Assembly: GCA_964498265.1 (NCBI GenBank) | Contig: CAZCIJ010000001.1 | Coordinates: 1-36,812, forward strand | DNA length: 36,812 bases | Source of the DNA: an uncultured Gaiellales bacterium | GTDB lineage: Bacteria; Actinomycetota; Thermoleophilia; Gaiellales; Gaiellaceae | Direction: 5' to 3' | Shown: in pieces, positions 1 through 8,281 of the stretch | How the letters are laid out: each line of letters starts with the position of its first letter | Position numbering within the stretch: the first letter of the stretch is position 1 | Made by a program: the position numbers and the translations under genes | The notes under the pieces: model-generated | What the model saw: only the letters and a program-made list of their open reading frames with translations | Database searches by the model: none | What the model was told of the DNA's origin: nothing

Positions 1-1183
1 CCTCGAACCCGCTCGGGTCGTCGTGCGGATAGACGTAGCCCTCGCCGTGCCCGCGCCGCTTTGCGCCCGCGTAGTGAGCGTCCCGGAGGGCCTTCGGCGG
101 ACGCGGCGCCCCGCGCGCGCGCACGTCGCGCGCGGCCGCGCCGAGCGAGGTGAGGACGGCGTTCGACTTCGGAGCCCGTGCCAGGTAGATCGCGGCCTGC
201 GCCAGGTTGAGCCGCGCCTCGGGCAGACCCACATGTTCGAGCGCCTGCGCGGCGGCAACGGCGACGACGAGCGCCTGCGGGTCGGCGTTGCCGACGTCCT
301 CGGAGGCCAGGATGACCATCCGTCGCGCGATGAAGCGCGGATCCTCCCCGGCCTCGAGCATGGCCGCGAGGTAGTAGAGGGCGGCGTCAACGTCCGAGCC
401 GCGCATCGACTTGATGAAGGCGGACGTGAAGTCGTAGTGAGCGTCGCCGTCCTTGTCGTAGACGAGCGAGGCCTTGCGGGCCGCGTCGTCGACGTGCCCG
501 GCGCGGAGCACCGCCCCTTGCACCTGCGCCGTCTGCCAGGCGAGCTCGAGGATGTTCAGCGCCGCCCGCCCGTCCCCGCTCGCCCTGCGCGCGATCAGCT
601 CGACGAGCGGCTCGGGAACGTCCGCTCCGAGCTCCGCGCTCCCCCTGCGCACGAGCAGGGCGAGGTCCCCCTCCGAGAGCGGCTCGAGCTCGTAGAGCCT
701 GCAGCGCGAGAGCAGCGCGGCGTTCACCTCGAAGTACGGGTTCTCGGTCGTGGCGCCGATCAGGGTGACGAGCCCGTCCTCGACCGCCGGCAGCAGCGCG
801 TCCTGCTGCGCCTTGTTGAAGCGATGGATCTCGTCGAGGAAGAGAATCGTGCGCTGCCCGCTGCCGCCCAGCCGGTCGCGGGCTCGCTGCATGACGCCGC
901 GGACGTCGGCGACCGTGGCCGAGACTGCGGAGAGCTCCTCGAAGGCGGAACCCGTCGAGGCAGCGACGATGCGCGCGAGCGTCGTCTTGCCGCTTCCGGG
1001 CGGGCCGTAGAAGATGCTCGATGAGACGCGGTCGGCTGCGATGGCGTGCGCGAGCCCCGACCCGCTGCCGACGACGTGTTCCTGGCCCACGAAGTCCTCG
1101 AGCCGGGCGGGCCGCAGGCGCACGGCAAGCGGAGCCACCGACGGGAGGCGCGCCGACGCTGCATCGGAGAAGAGGTCGCTCAT
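1..1183 (-). CDS. rarA: Replication-associated recombination protein A (RarA/MgsA AAA+ ATPase); C-terminus runs off the window
   Basis: Absent from the ORF track because it leaves the window. My reverse translation from the ATG at 1183 gives [35 protein letters not shown] (Walker A)..[20 protein letters not shown] (Walker B region)..[46 protein letters not shown] (MgsA C-terminal signature). All parts are in one frame. Confidence 0.9.
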   Translation of the reverse strand, partial: MSDLFSDAASARLPSVAPLAVRLRPARLEDFVGQEHVVGSGSGLAHAIAADRVSSSIFYGPPGSGKTTLARIVAASTGSAFEELSAVSATVADVRGVMQRARDRLGGSGQRTILFLDEIHRFNKAQQDALLPAVEDGLVTLIGATTENPYFEVNAALLSRCRLYELEPLSEGDLALLVRRGSAELGADVPEPLVELIARRASGDGRAALNILELAWQTAQVQGAVLRAGHVDDAARKASLVYDKDGDAHYDFTSAFIKSMRGSDVDAALYYLAAMLEAGEDPRFIARRMVILASEDVGNADPQALVVAVAAAQALEHVGLPEARLNLAQAAIYLARAPKSNAVLTSLGAAARDVRARGAPRPPKALRDAHYAGAKRRGHGEGYVYPHDDPSGFE

Positions 1184-1191
1184 GGCTGAAG

Positions 1192-1197
1192 TATGCT
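1192..1197 (+). promoter_or_regulatory. -10-like hexamer TATGCT, 6 nt upstream of the M20 ATG (leaderless-type promoter candidate)
   Basis: TAnnnT hexamer in a 20-bp divergent spacer with no Shine-Dalgarno. Part of a recurrent pattern in this window. Confidence 0.35.
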
Positions 1198-1203
1198 GAC
1201 CCG

Positions 1204-2505
1204 ATGGCGGTGCTCTCGCTCCGCGACGAGGTCACCTGGCTCCTGCAGGCGCTGCTCCGGGTGAACACCGTGAACCCGCCGGGCAACGAGAGCGCCGCCA
1301 CCGGGCTCCTGCGCGAGTACCTGGAGGACAACGGCGTCGATTGCACCGTCTACGCACGCGTGCCCGAGCGCGCGAACCTCGTCGCGAGGATCCCCGGCTG
1401 CGACGCGGACGCGCCCCGACTGCTGCTCCTGTCCCACACGGACACAGTGCTTGCCGACCCGGACGAATGGAGTGTCGACCCGTGGTCGGGGGAGTTGCGC
1501 GACGGCCATGTCTGGGGCCGCGGCGCCCTCGACATGAAGGGTCAAGTGGCGGCCGCCGCCGTGGCCGTCGCGACGCTCGCCCGCGCGGGCTACGAGCCCG
1601 AGGGCGACGTGATCTTCGCGGCGACGGCGGACGAGGAGGACAGCGGCTACTACGGTCTCTCCTGGCTGTGCCAGGAGCATCCAGAAGCCGTTCGCTGCGC
1701 GTGGTGCGTGAACGAGGGCGGCGGCGACCGCCTCGAGGTCGCCGGCCGCGTCGTGTACCTCTGCGCGACCGCCGAGAAGGCCAGCTCCTCGTTCGCGGTG
1801 CGCGTTCGCGGTCGCAGCGGCCACGCGTCGATGCCTGGGCTCGGCGACAACGCACTCGTCAACAGCGCGCCCATCATCGAGCGTCTCGGCGCGCTGGAGC
1901 TCTCCCCGGCGCTGACTCCCGAGAGCCGGCTCTTCCTGAAAGCGCTCCTGGGCGAGGAGCTGCCGGTCGAGGAGACCCTGGCGCGGCTGCGAGCGACGTC
2001 GCCGCGAGCAGCGGCCATGGTCGACCCGATGGTGCGCGCGACGGTCTCACCCACCCAGATCCGGGCCTCGGCCACGCGCAACGTCGTTCCAGGACTCTGC
2101 GAGGTGGTCTGCGACTGCCGCCTGCTTCCGGGCCAGAGCCGGGAGTCGGTGGGACGGGAGATCGCGGAGCGTCTCGGTCAGGGTCCCTACGAGCTCGAGT
2201 GGCTCGAGCACCTCGGGGGGACGCGATCGTCGCTCGGGACGCCGTTGTGGAGCGCCATCGAGAGCTTCGTCGAGTCGGAGGAGGATGGAGCTGGCGTGGT
2301 TCCCATCCTGCTGCCGGGCTTCACCGACAGCCACTATCTGCGGCAGCGCTTCGGGACCGTCGCCTACGGGTTCTTCCCCATGCGGGCGATGAGCGCCGAG
2401 CTGGCGGCGGTGCTCGTGCACTCGGCGGACGAGAGGGTGGCGGTCGACGATCTCGAGCTCGGCACGCGATTCCTCGTCGACACGACCCGGAGGCTGCAGG
2501 GATGA
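1204..2505 (+). CDS. M20/M25/M40 family metallopeptidase (ArgE/DapE/dipeptidase-like)
   Basis: Start trimmed to the ATG at 1204 (MAVLSLRDEV..). Motifs: LLLLSHTDTV, WGRGALDMKG, ATADEEDSG, FTDSHYL. The upstream part of track ORF 1021..2505 is Arg-rich junk overlapping rarA. Confidence 0.85.
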   Translation: MAVLSLRDEVTWLLQALLRVNTVNPPGNESAATGLLREYLEDNGVDCTVYARVPERANLVARIPGCDADAPRLLLLSHTDTVLADPDEWSVDPWSGELRDGHVWGRGALDMKGQVAAAAVAVATLARAGYEPEGDVIFAATADEEDSGYYGLSWLCQEHPEAVRCAWCVNEGGGDRLEVAGRVVYLCATAEKASSSFAVRVRGRSGHASMPGLGDNALVNSAPIIERLGALELSPALTPESRLFLKALLGEELPVEETLARLRATSPRAAAMVDPMVRATVSPTQIRASATRNVVPGLCEVVCDCRLLPGQSRESVGREIAERLGQGPYELEWLEHLGGTRSSLGTPLWSAIESFVESEEDGAGVVPILLPGFTDSHYLRQRFGTVAYGFFPMRAMSAELAAVLVHSADERVAVDDLELGTRFLVDTTRRLQG

Positions 2506-3317
2506 CCGAACAGATCAGGCTCGGAGGCATGGCGCTCGCGAACGGGGTGCTCGTCCACAGCCCGCGCTTCTGGGCGTGCGCCGTCCGCACCGGCGACGGC
2601 CGGCTGGCGCTCGCATCGAGCGAGAAGACGATCCGCTCGGCGGACGTCCGCTCACCGTTGCTGCGGGCTCCTGCGCGCGTCGCCGAGGTCGTGGCGCTCC
2701 TGCCGACGCTCGCGCGCGCGCTCCCGGAGGCGCAGCTCCCCTTCAGGGAGCGGCGCATCGCAGGCGTCATGGCAGGGACGGCGCTGGCCGTGCGCGCGCT
2801 CCGGTCGAGCCGGCTGGGCGTGGTGGCGCAGGAGGCGCTCGCGGCCCTGCTCGCGGTCGTGCCCGTGGCCTTCGCTCTCCGCGGCTCGGCGCTCGCCGCG
2901 TACCACGGAGCAGAGCACATCGCGATCGGCAGCTACGAGCACGGGGAGCCGCGACCGCGGGAGCACGAGCGTTGCGGCTCGCATATGCTGGGGCCGCTGC
3001 TCGTCGCAACCGCTGCAGGCAACGCGCTCGTGAGCTCGATCGAGACGTCCCCGCAGCGCCTGGCCCTCGTCCGCGGGGGTGTCGCGATCGGCTCCGTGGC
3101 CGTGGCCGGCGAGCTCTTCGCGTGGATGCACCGTCACCCCGACGCGCTTGCGAGTCGCGCGCTCGCCTGGCCTGGCCGCGAGCTCCAGTCGCGCTTCCTC
3201 ACGGCCGAGCCGACCCGCGACCAGCTGGAGGTCGCCGAGGCCGCCTTGCGCGAGTGCCTTCGCCTCGAGCTCGAGCAGGGCGGCGCGGCGCCCGAGCGAG
3301 AGCGGCCGCCGCGATAG
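2502..3317 (+). CDS. DUF1385 (YqhQ-like) membrane protein
   Basis: MTEQIRLGGMALANGVLVHSPRFW.. and the YHGAEHIAIG motif. The ATG at 2502 overlaps the M20 stop (ATGA). Confidence 0.75.
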   Translation: MTEQIRLGGMALANGVLVHSPRFWACAVRTGDGRLALASSEKTIRSADVRSPLLRAPARVAEVVALLPTLARALPEAQLPFRERRIAGVMAGTALAVRALRSSRLGVVAQEALAALLAVVPVAFALRGSALAAYHGAEHIAIGSYEHGEPRPREHERCGSHMLGPLLVATAAGNALVSSIETSPQRLALVRGGVAIGSVAVAGELFAWMHRHPDALASRALAWPGRELQSRFLTAEPTRDQLEVAEAALRECLRLELEQGGAAPERERPPR

Positions 3318-3367
3318 CCGGGTGAGCCTGCTGGGCGCTCGACGAACGGCCGCACGCCCTCGGCCTG

Positions 3368-3373
3368 TACGAT
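3368..3373 (+). promoter_or_regulatory. -10-like hexamer TACGAT, 7 nt upstream of the epimerase GTG (leaderless-type promoter candidate)
   Basis: TAnnnT hexamer at the recurrent spacing, with no SD. Confidence 0.35.
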
Positions 3374-3380
3374 CGGCTCC

Positions 3381-3782
3381 GTGGCGAGCGGCCTCCATCA
3401 CGTCGCGATGGCCGTGGACGACCTCGACGACGCGGTCGCGAGCTACGAGCGGCTCTTCGGAGCCAGCGTCGAGCTTCGCGAGCGGGTCGAGTCGCAAGGC
3501 GTCGAGGCCGCCTACCTGCGCATCGGCGCGAGTCGCGTCGAGCTTGTCGCTCCTCTGGCCGGGGACACACCGGTCGGGCGCTTCCTGGCAAGCCGCGGTC
3601 CAGGCGTGCACCATATCGCGATCGAGGTCGACGATCTGAGGTCGGCGATCCGGCAGCTTCGGGAAGAGGGCGCAAACGTCATCGACCCCGAGCCGGTGCC
3701 AGGCCTGGGGGGCAAGGCCGTGTCGTTCGTGCACCCGGATTCGGTCTACGGTGTCCTGGTGGAGGTGGTAGCGGGTGGCTAG
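3381..3782 (+). CDS. mce: Methylmalonyl-CoA epimerase (VOC/glyoxalase fold)
   Basis: 133 aa. HHVAMAVDDLDDAV..VELVAPL..TPVGRFL..GPGVHHIAIEVDDL..FVHPDSVYGVLVEVV is typical of epimerase-type VOC proteins. Confidence 0.8.
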   Translation: MASGLHHVAMAVDDLDDAVASYERLFGASVELRERVESQGVEAAYLRIGASRVELVAPLAGDTPVGRFLASRGPGVHHIAIEVDDLRSAIRQLREEGANVIDPEPVPGLGGKAVSFVHPDSVYGVLVEVVAGG

Positions 3783-4002
3783 CAGGGAGCGCATCAGGCT
3801 CCAGATCGGATTCGAGGGCGGAACGATCATGTCTGCGTACGTCGACCCGGAGGAGGCCGACCGGCTGGAGCGTCATCTCGCCTCCGGCGGAGACGGCACC
3901 GTGGAGCTCGGCGACGAGGACGGTCGCCTGATCGTCGTGCTCCCGCGGGTCCTCTTCGTGAAGCGCTACTCGCGAGAGAGCCGGGTCGGCTTCGGCGCCT
4001 GA
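3775..4002 (+). CDS. Small conserved actinobacterial protein, DUF3107-like
   Basis: 75 aa with high GC3. The pattern ..IRLQIGF..(acidic helix)..LGDEDGRLIVVLPRVLFVKRY..SRVGFGA resembles DUF3107 as I remember it. It overlaps the mce stop and abuts the ychF GTG. An alternative ATG is at 3829. Confidence 0.55.
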   Translation: MASRERIRLQIGFEGGTIMSAYVDPEEADRLERHLASGGDGTVELGDEDGRLIVVLPRVLFVKRYSRESRVGFGA

Positions 4003-4944
4003 GTGGCCCTCGAGGTCGGCATCGTCGGCCTGCCGAACGCGGGCAAGTCGACGCTCTTCAACGCGCTCACCAGGGCAGGCGCCGAGATCACCGCCTACGC
4101 GAGCGTCTCCCCCAAGCCGAACGTCGGCATGGCTCCTATCGGCGACGAGCGGCTCGCCCAGGTCGCCGCGGTCGTGGGTGCCCGGAAGGTGACCCCGGCC
4201 GCGATTCGGGTCGTGGACGTCCCCGGGACCGGCGCGGCGCTGCTCGGGAACCTCCGTCAGGTCGACGCGCTGCTGGCGGTCGTGGACGGCTTCTCGCCCG
4301 GCGCCGATCCGGACGGCGATCTCGTCACCGTCGGCCTCGAGCTCCTCGTCGCCGACCGAGACCACGTCGAGCGGCGGCACGAGCGGGTGGCGAGGCAGGC
4401 GAAGTCAGGCGACCCGAGCCTGCGCGCGCAGGTCGAGGTGCTCGAGCGACTGCTCGATCACCTCGACCGGGAGCGGCCGCTCGGCGAGTTCCCGGGCGAG
4501 CTGCCCGAGGCGCTCGAGCCGCTCACGACCAAGCCGCTGATCGCCGTCGTCAACGGCCCGGGCGGGATCGACGCCAAGCTCGAAGCAGAGCTCGCCGAGC
4601 TTCCTCCCGAGGAGGCGAGCGCCTTCCGCGAGGGCCGGCCCTCGGCCCTCGACGAGGTGGTGAGACGTCTGTTCGACGCGCTTCAGCTCGTGAGCTTCTT
4701 CACGGCCGCCGAGAACGAGACGCGCGCATGGACGCTTCGTCGTGGCCAGACCGCGCTCGATGCGGCAGAGACCATTCATTCCGACATCGCGCGAGGGTTC
4801 ATCCGCTGCGAGGTCATCCGCTGGAGCGACCTCGTGTCCTGCGGATCGCGCACAGAGGCCCAGAGGCGCGGCTTGATGCGGCTGGAGGGAAAGGACTACG
4901 CGGTGGACGACGGCGACGTGCTCAACGTTCGCTTCAACGTCTGA
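4003..4944 (+). CDS. ychF: YchF/OLA1-family GTPase/ATPase, short divergent form
   Basis: G1 motif GLPNAGKSTLFNALT. C-terminal TGS-like FFTAAENETRAWTL..GFIRCEVI..RLEGKDYAVDDGDVLNVRFNV. Only 313 aa, with a shortened G3/coiled-coil region. Confidence 0.85.
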   Translation: MALEVGIVGLPNAGKSTLFNALTRAGAEITAYASVSPKPNVGMAPIGDERLAQVAAVVGARKVTPAAIRVVDVPGTGAALLGNLRQVDALLAVVDGFSPGADPDGDLVTVGLELLVADRDHVERRHERVARQAKSGDPSLRAQVEVLERLLDHLDRERPLGEFPGELPEALEPLTTKPLIAVVNGPGGIDAKLEAELAELPPEEASAFREGRPSALDEVVRRLFDALQLVSFFTAAENETRAWTLRRGQTALDAAETIHSDIARGFIRCEVIRWSDLVSCGSRTEAQRRGLMRLEGKDYAVDDGDVLNVRFNV

Positions 4945-4947
4945 CGA

Positions 4948-4973
4948 TTCCGTCGACGCGCGGTCGAGCGGAA
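4948..4973 (+). terminator. Hairpin immediately after the ychF stop (10-bp stem with one bulge, 5-nt loop)
   Basis: TTCCGTCGAC gcgcg GTCGAGCGGAA. No U-tract, in a convergent intergenic region. Confidence 0.35.
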
Positions 4974-5079
4974 CGCCGCGTGGCCGCCTCCAGGACAGCG
5001 CCCGGCTCGGGCACGAGGCGAGTGCCGTGCGCAAGCCACCGAGTGGAGGAGTCCCCACGAGGTTCTCGGTCGCGCGTGC

Positions 5080-5940
5080 TCAGTCGAGCGCCGGCAGAGG
5101 GTCGACGGCGCCACCGCGTACACGGAGCTCGAGGTGGAGGTGCGGCCCGCTCGAGTTCCCGCTCGATCCGACGCGACCGACCTGCGCCCCAGCGGAGACC
5201 GCTTGTCCGGCGCGCACGTCGATGTGGCGTAGATGGGCGTAGTAGGTCTCGACCCCCCCTCCGTGGGAGACGACGACGAGACGGCCGTAGCCGTCGTTCC
5301 AGCCCGTGGCGGTCACGGTTCCGGCACGGACGGCTCGCACCGGAGTCCCTTTCGGCGCCGGGATGTCGACACCCTCGTGGAAGCGATCCCCCCGCGGCCC
5401 GAAGCCGCTCGTGATCGCGAAGGGAAGCGGATGCCCGATCGAGACGGGAGCGCGCGGCGGCGGACGGAGCAGGGCGGCGTTGGTGGCCCTTCCGGCGACG
5501 CCGTCGGCTGCGAGCCCGGCCCGGGTCTGGAAGCGCACGACCGCGCGCTCGAGGCGAGGGCCGAAGACACCGTCGAACGGACCCGAGGCGAAGCCGTGCC
5601 ACGCGAGCGTGAACTGGAGGGCCGAGACGTCGAAGCCGACCATTCGAAAGCGCAGGGCGCGGCTCCCGATGCGGTGACGCGCCAGCCGTCCGAGGGCTTT
5701 GCGCGTCTGAGCGCCGACGATGCCGTCCACCGCGAGGCCCCGCCGTGCCTGGAGCCGGCGCACCGCAGCGTCGGTGCGCTTACCACGGATGCCGTCGATC
5801 GTGCCCGTGTACAGGCCCTTGGCCGCGAGGGCGGCCTGCAGCGCTGCGACCGAGGGCTTCCCCATCGTCGCCGCGCTCGTCGCGGGAACGGACGCGAGGG
5901 CGAGAACCATGATGACGAGCGGAAGGGCGAATCGACGCAC
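5080..5940 (-). CDS. Secreted peptidoglycan-binding M23 family metallopeptidase
   Basis: Signal peptide MRRFALPLVIMVLALASVPATSAA. Two PG_binding_1-like repeats (LQ..L...G.Y.G.IDG..G..T..AV..FQ). M23 core HEGVDI..GT.V.A...G.V...GW..GYG..VVV.H..G..T.Y.HL..and GSSGNSSGPHLHLE. Confidence 0.9.
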   Translation of the reverse strand: MRRFALPLVIMVLALASVPATSAATMGKPSVAALQAALAAKGLYTGTIDGIRGKRTDAAVRRLQARRGLAVDGIVGAQTRKALGRLARHRIGSRALRFRMVGFDVSALQFTLAWHGFASGPFDGVFGPRLERAVVRFQTRAGLAADGVAGRATNAALLRPPPRAPVSIGHPLPFAITSGFGPRGDRFHEGVDIPAPKGTPVRAVRAGTVTATGWNDGYGRLVVVSHGGGVETYYAHLRHIDVRAGQAVSAGAQVGRVGSSGNSSGPHLHLELRVRGGAVDPLPALD

Positions 5941-6193
5941 GGCGGCCTCTCCGCCCCTTCATCGGCAGCTGTCTCCCTCCCCTGAAGGGGGGATGGGCGG
6001 CCGGTCGACGTCGCCGGACGGCCGCCCGCACACCCCCGGTCAGGCCTGGATCGCGAACCCCGGCCGGTTGAGAGAGGCTTCCGCCTGACGTCGCACGACC
6101 TGGGCACGGGCCCGACGATGGGCCCCGCGCTCCGGGAGCTCGGGTCCTACGGCCGAGAGGTCTTCGGCCTTCCGGAGGGCAGCGGAGCCGCCG

Positions 6194-7036
6194 TCACCCG
6201 TCGGTGACGGGTCGTGTCGCCGCAACGGCGTCGAGCTGGTTCGCGTGGTAGAGGACGGCAGCCTCGGCCGTCCTCGCTCCGCGCGCCTCGTGGTGGACGG
6301 CCACGGCGTGGAGAAGCTCCGCAAGAACCGGTCCCTCGAGCTCCCCGGCGCGCTCCTCGATCATGCGCAGGCCGAGATGGACGTGCCCGAGAAGCTCGCC
6401 CTCACGCGTCGGCGCGAAGAGCGGACCGCGTCCGAGCTCGCGGACGCGGCCCACGTCGTGGAGCAGCGCAGCGGCGAGCAGGAGGTCGCTCCTGAGCCGC
6501 GGATGGACGCTGGCGGTCTCGCGGCAGAGCGTCGCGACGTTGACCGTGTGCTCGAGGAGGCCGCCGGCGTAGCCGTGGTGCCCGGCCGCGGTTGCCGGGA
6601 GGCGCCGGAGCCGCTCGCGCAGGACGGAGTCGCCGAGGAAGCGGCCGACGGCGTGGCGCAGGCCGGGGTGGGCGATCTCGGCCGCCAAGAACTCGAGGAA
6701 CCCGTCGAGCTCGTCGAGGTCACGGCGTGACTCGGGCGCGAGCTCCGATGGGTCGACCTCCGCCTTCTCGAGCGAGCGCACCTCGAGCTGCAGCCGATCG
6801 CGAAAGCGCTCGAGGCGGCCCAGCACGCGCACGGCGTCCCCCTCGTCGAAGCGTCGATCGAGGACCTCGACGTCGTCCCAGACGCGGGCCTCGATCCGCC
6901 CGGTCGGGTCGACGAGCTCGAGAGCGAGGTACGACGCGCCCGCCCGGGTGCGAAGCCGCTGCTTGCGAGCGACCGCGAAGACGCGCTCGATCACCCGGTC
7001 CTCCTCGAGCTCCGGGATCGGGACTGCTGCGCTCAC
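6194..7036 (-). CDS. OB-fold + HD-domain phosphohydrolase, YhaM-like 3'-5' exoribonuclease family
   Basis: N-terminal OB region (SYLALELVDPTGRIEARVWD..VRVLGRLERFRDRLQLEV). HD domain (HHGYAGGLLEHTVNV, LLHDVGRV, HLGLRMI, AVHHE). Start set to the GTG at 7036. A GTG at 6994, preceded by GAGGAGGA, is an alternative. Track ORF start 7168 is unlikely. Confidence 0.8.
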   Translation of the reverse strand: MSAAVPIPELEEDRVIERVFAVARKQRLRTRAGASYLALELVDPTGRIEARVWDDVEVLDRRFDEGDAVRVLGRLERFRDRLQLEVRSLEKAEVDPSELAPESRRDLDELDGFLEFLAAEIAHPGLRHAVGRFLGDSVLRERLRRLPATAAGHHGYAGGLLEHTVNVATLCRETASVHPRLRSDLLLAAALLHDVGRVRELGRGPLFAPTREGELLGHVHLGLRMIEERAGELEGPVLAELLHAVAVHHEARGARTAEAAVLYHANQLDAVAATRPVTDG

Positions 7037-7052
7037 GCGCGCACTGTAGTGC
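7037..7052. promoter_or_regulatory. 16-bp palindrome GCGCACT-GT-AGTGCGC in the divergent intergenic region (candidate operator)
   Basis: Perfect 7-2-7 inverted repeat directly upstream of the YhaM-like start. On the minus strand it overlaps a TACAGT -10-like hexamer. Confidence 0.3.
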
Positions 7053-7091
7053 GCGGGCCGGCGGGCACCCGGACGCGAGCGAGGCTGATGG

Positions 7092-7097
7092 TAACCT
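7092..7097 (+). promoter_or_regulatory. Extended -10-like TGgTAACCT, 6 nt upstream of the DUF1015 GTG (leaderless-type promoter candidate)
   Basis: TGn + TAnnnT at the recurrent spacing, with no SD. Confidence 0.4.
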
Positions 7098-7103
7098 CGG
7101 CTC

Positions 7104-8234
7104 GTGCCGCCGCTCGTCAAGCCCTTTCGCGCGCTGCGCTTCGACGTCGGGGCCACGGGGCCCCTCACCGATCTCGTCGCCCCTCCCTACGACGTCATCT
7201 CGAGGACGGAGCTCGGAGAGCTCGTCGGGCGGAGCCCGTACAACGTCATCCGGCTGATCCGCCCGCACGAGGCAGAGCTCGCGGGGAGGCGGCTGCGCGA
7301 GTGGATCGCAGCCGGGATCCTGATACGTGAGCGGCGACCTGGCGTGTGGCGGATCGAGGAGTCGTACGTCGGGCCCGACGGCGTCCCTCGGACGCGGCAC
7401 GGGCTCGTCGCCCGTCTGCGCCTCGAGCCCTACGAGCGCGGCATCGTCCTGCCGCACGAGCGCACCTTTCCGTCTGCAACCAAGACGCGGCTGCGGCTGC
7501 TGCGGGTGACGAGGACGAAGCTGTCGCCGGTGCTCGTCCTCCACAATGGCCCGCCGGGGCCGCTCGCAGGCGGCTCGCCCGATCTCGAGGCGACGTTCGC
7601 GGGGACGACGACGCGTCTGTGGCGCATCGACGAGCCGAGGGCGATCGAGGAGTGCCTCGACACCGTGCTGGCGCCGCTCGTCATCGCCGACGGTCATCAC
7701 CGCTACGAGGCCGCGCTGCGCTTCCACGCGGAGCAGGCCAGCGAGGAGACGAGCTACGTCTTGGCGGTGGTGATCAGCCACGACGACCCCGGCCTGACCA
7801 TCTTCCCGACCCACCGGGTCGTGAAGGGCAGTCTCCCGGCGCTGAACGGCGATTTCCGGCTCTCGCCGGTGCCCGGCGTCCGCGAGGGCCTGGCACGGCT
7901 CGGAGCTCTCGAGCGCGATCACCCCGCGTTCGTGATGATGCGGCCTGGCCAGGCGATGCTCGCCGAGGCGGATGCCGCGCGGGACCCGCTCGAGCGCCTC
8001 GACGTCGCCGCCGTGGACAGGCTGCCGCTCGAGGGCGTGACGTTCACCCCGTTCGTGCCGGAGGTCGAGCGGGCCCTCGCGAGCGGAGAGGCCGAGGGCG
8101 CCTTCCTCGTGCGCGCCCCGACGATCGCCGACGTCCAGGCGATCGCCCGGGCGGGACGCATGATGCCCGAGAAATCGACGTACTTCTATCCAAAGCTGAC
8201 GAGCGGGCTGCTGTTCTCGCCGTTCGACGAGTGA
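7104..8234 (+). CDS. DUF1015 domain-containing protein
   Basis: 376 aa. KPFRALRF.....L.APPYDVI.., ADGHHRYEAAL, PEKSTYFYPKL.SGL are hallmark DUF1015 motifs. Confidence 0.85.
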   Translation: MPPLVKPFRALRFDVGATGPLTDLVAPPYDVISRTELGELVGRSPYNVIRLIRPHEAELAGRRLREWIAAGILIRERRPGVWRIEESYVGPDGVPRTRHGLVARLRLEPYERGIVLPHERTFPSATKTRLRLLRVTRTKLSPVLVLHNGPPGPLAGGSPDLEATFAGTTTRLWRIDEPRAIEECLDTVLAPLVIADGHHRYEAALRFHAEQASEETSYVLAVVISHDDPGLTIFPTHRVVKGSLPALNGDFRLSPVPGVREGLARLGALERDHPAFVMMRPGQAMLAEADAARDPLERLDVAAVDRLPLEGVTFTPFVPEVERALASGEAEGAFLVRAPTIADVQAIARAGRMMPEKSTYFYPKLTSGLLFSPFDE

Positions 8235-8236
8235 CA

Positions 8237-8267
8237 CGACCTTTTCGCACAAGGCGCGAAAAGGTCG
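8237..8267 (+). terminator. Perfect 12-bp stem / 7-nt loop hairpin between the DUF1015 gene and the IMPase-family gene
   Basis: CGACCTTTTCGC acaaggc GCGAAAAGGTCG. Unusually A/T-rich for this DNA. Followed by the AAAGGAG SD of the next gene. Confidence 0.35.
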
Positions 8268-8281
8268 ATCAAAGGAGTCAC

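Noticed and set aside
5941-6193. ydaO (cyclic-di-AMP) riboswitch upstream of the M23 peptidase
   Set aside because: I could not find the conserved cores as I recall them (GGGGACCCA-type, GGGGUGAAUC and CCCGAAnCCGnCAGCUAACCUCGUAAGC-type strings), only loose resemblances. It is kept only as an unspecified structured leader and needs a covariance-model search.
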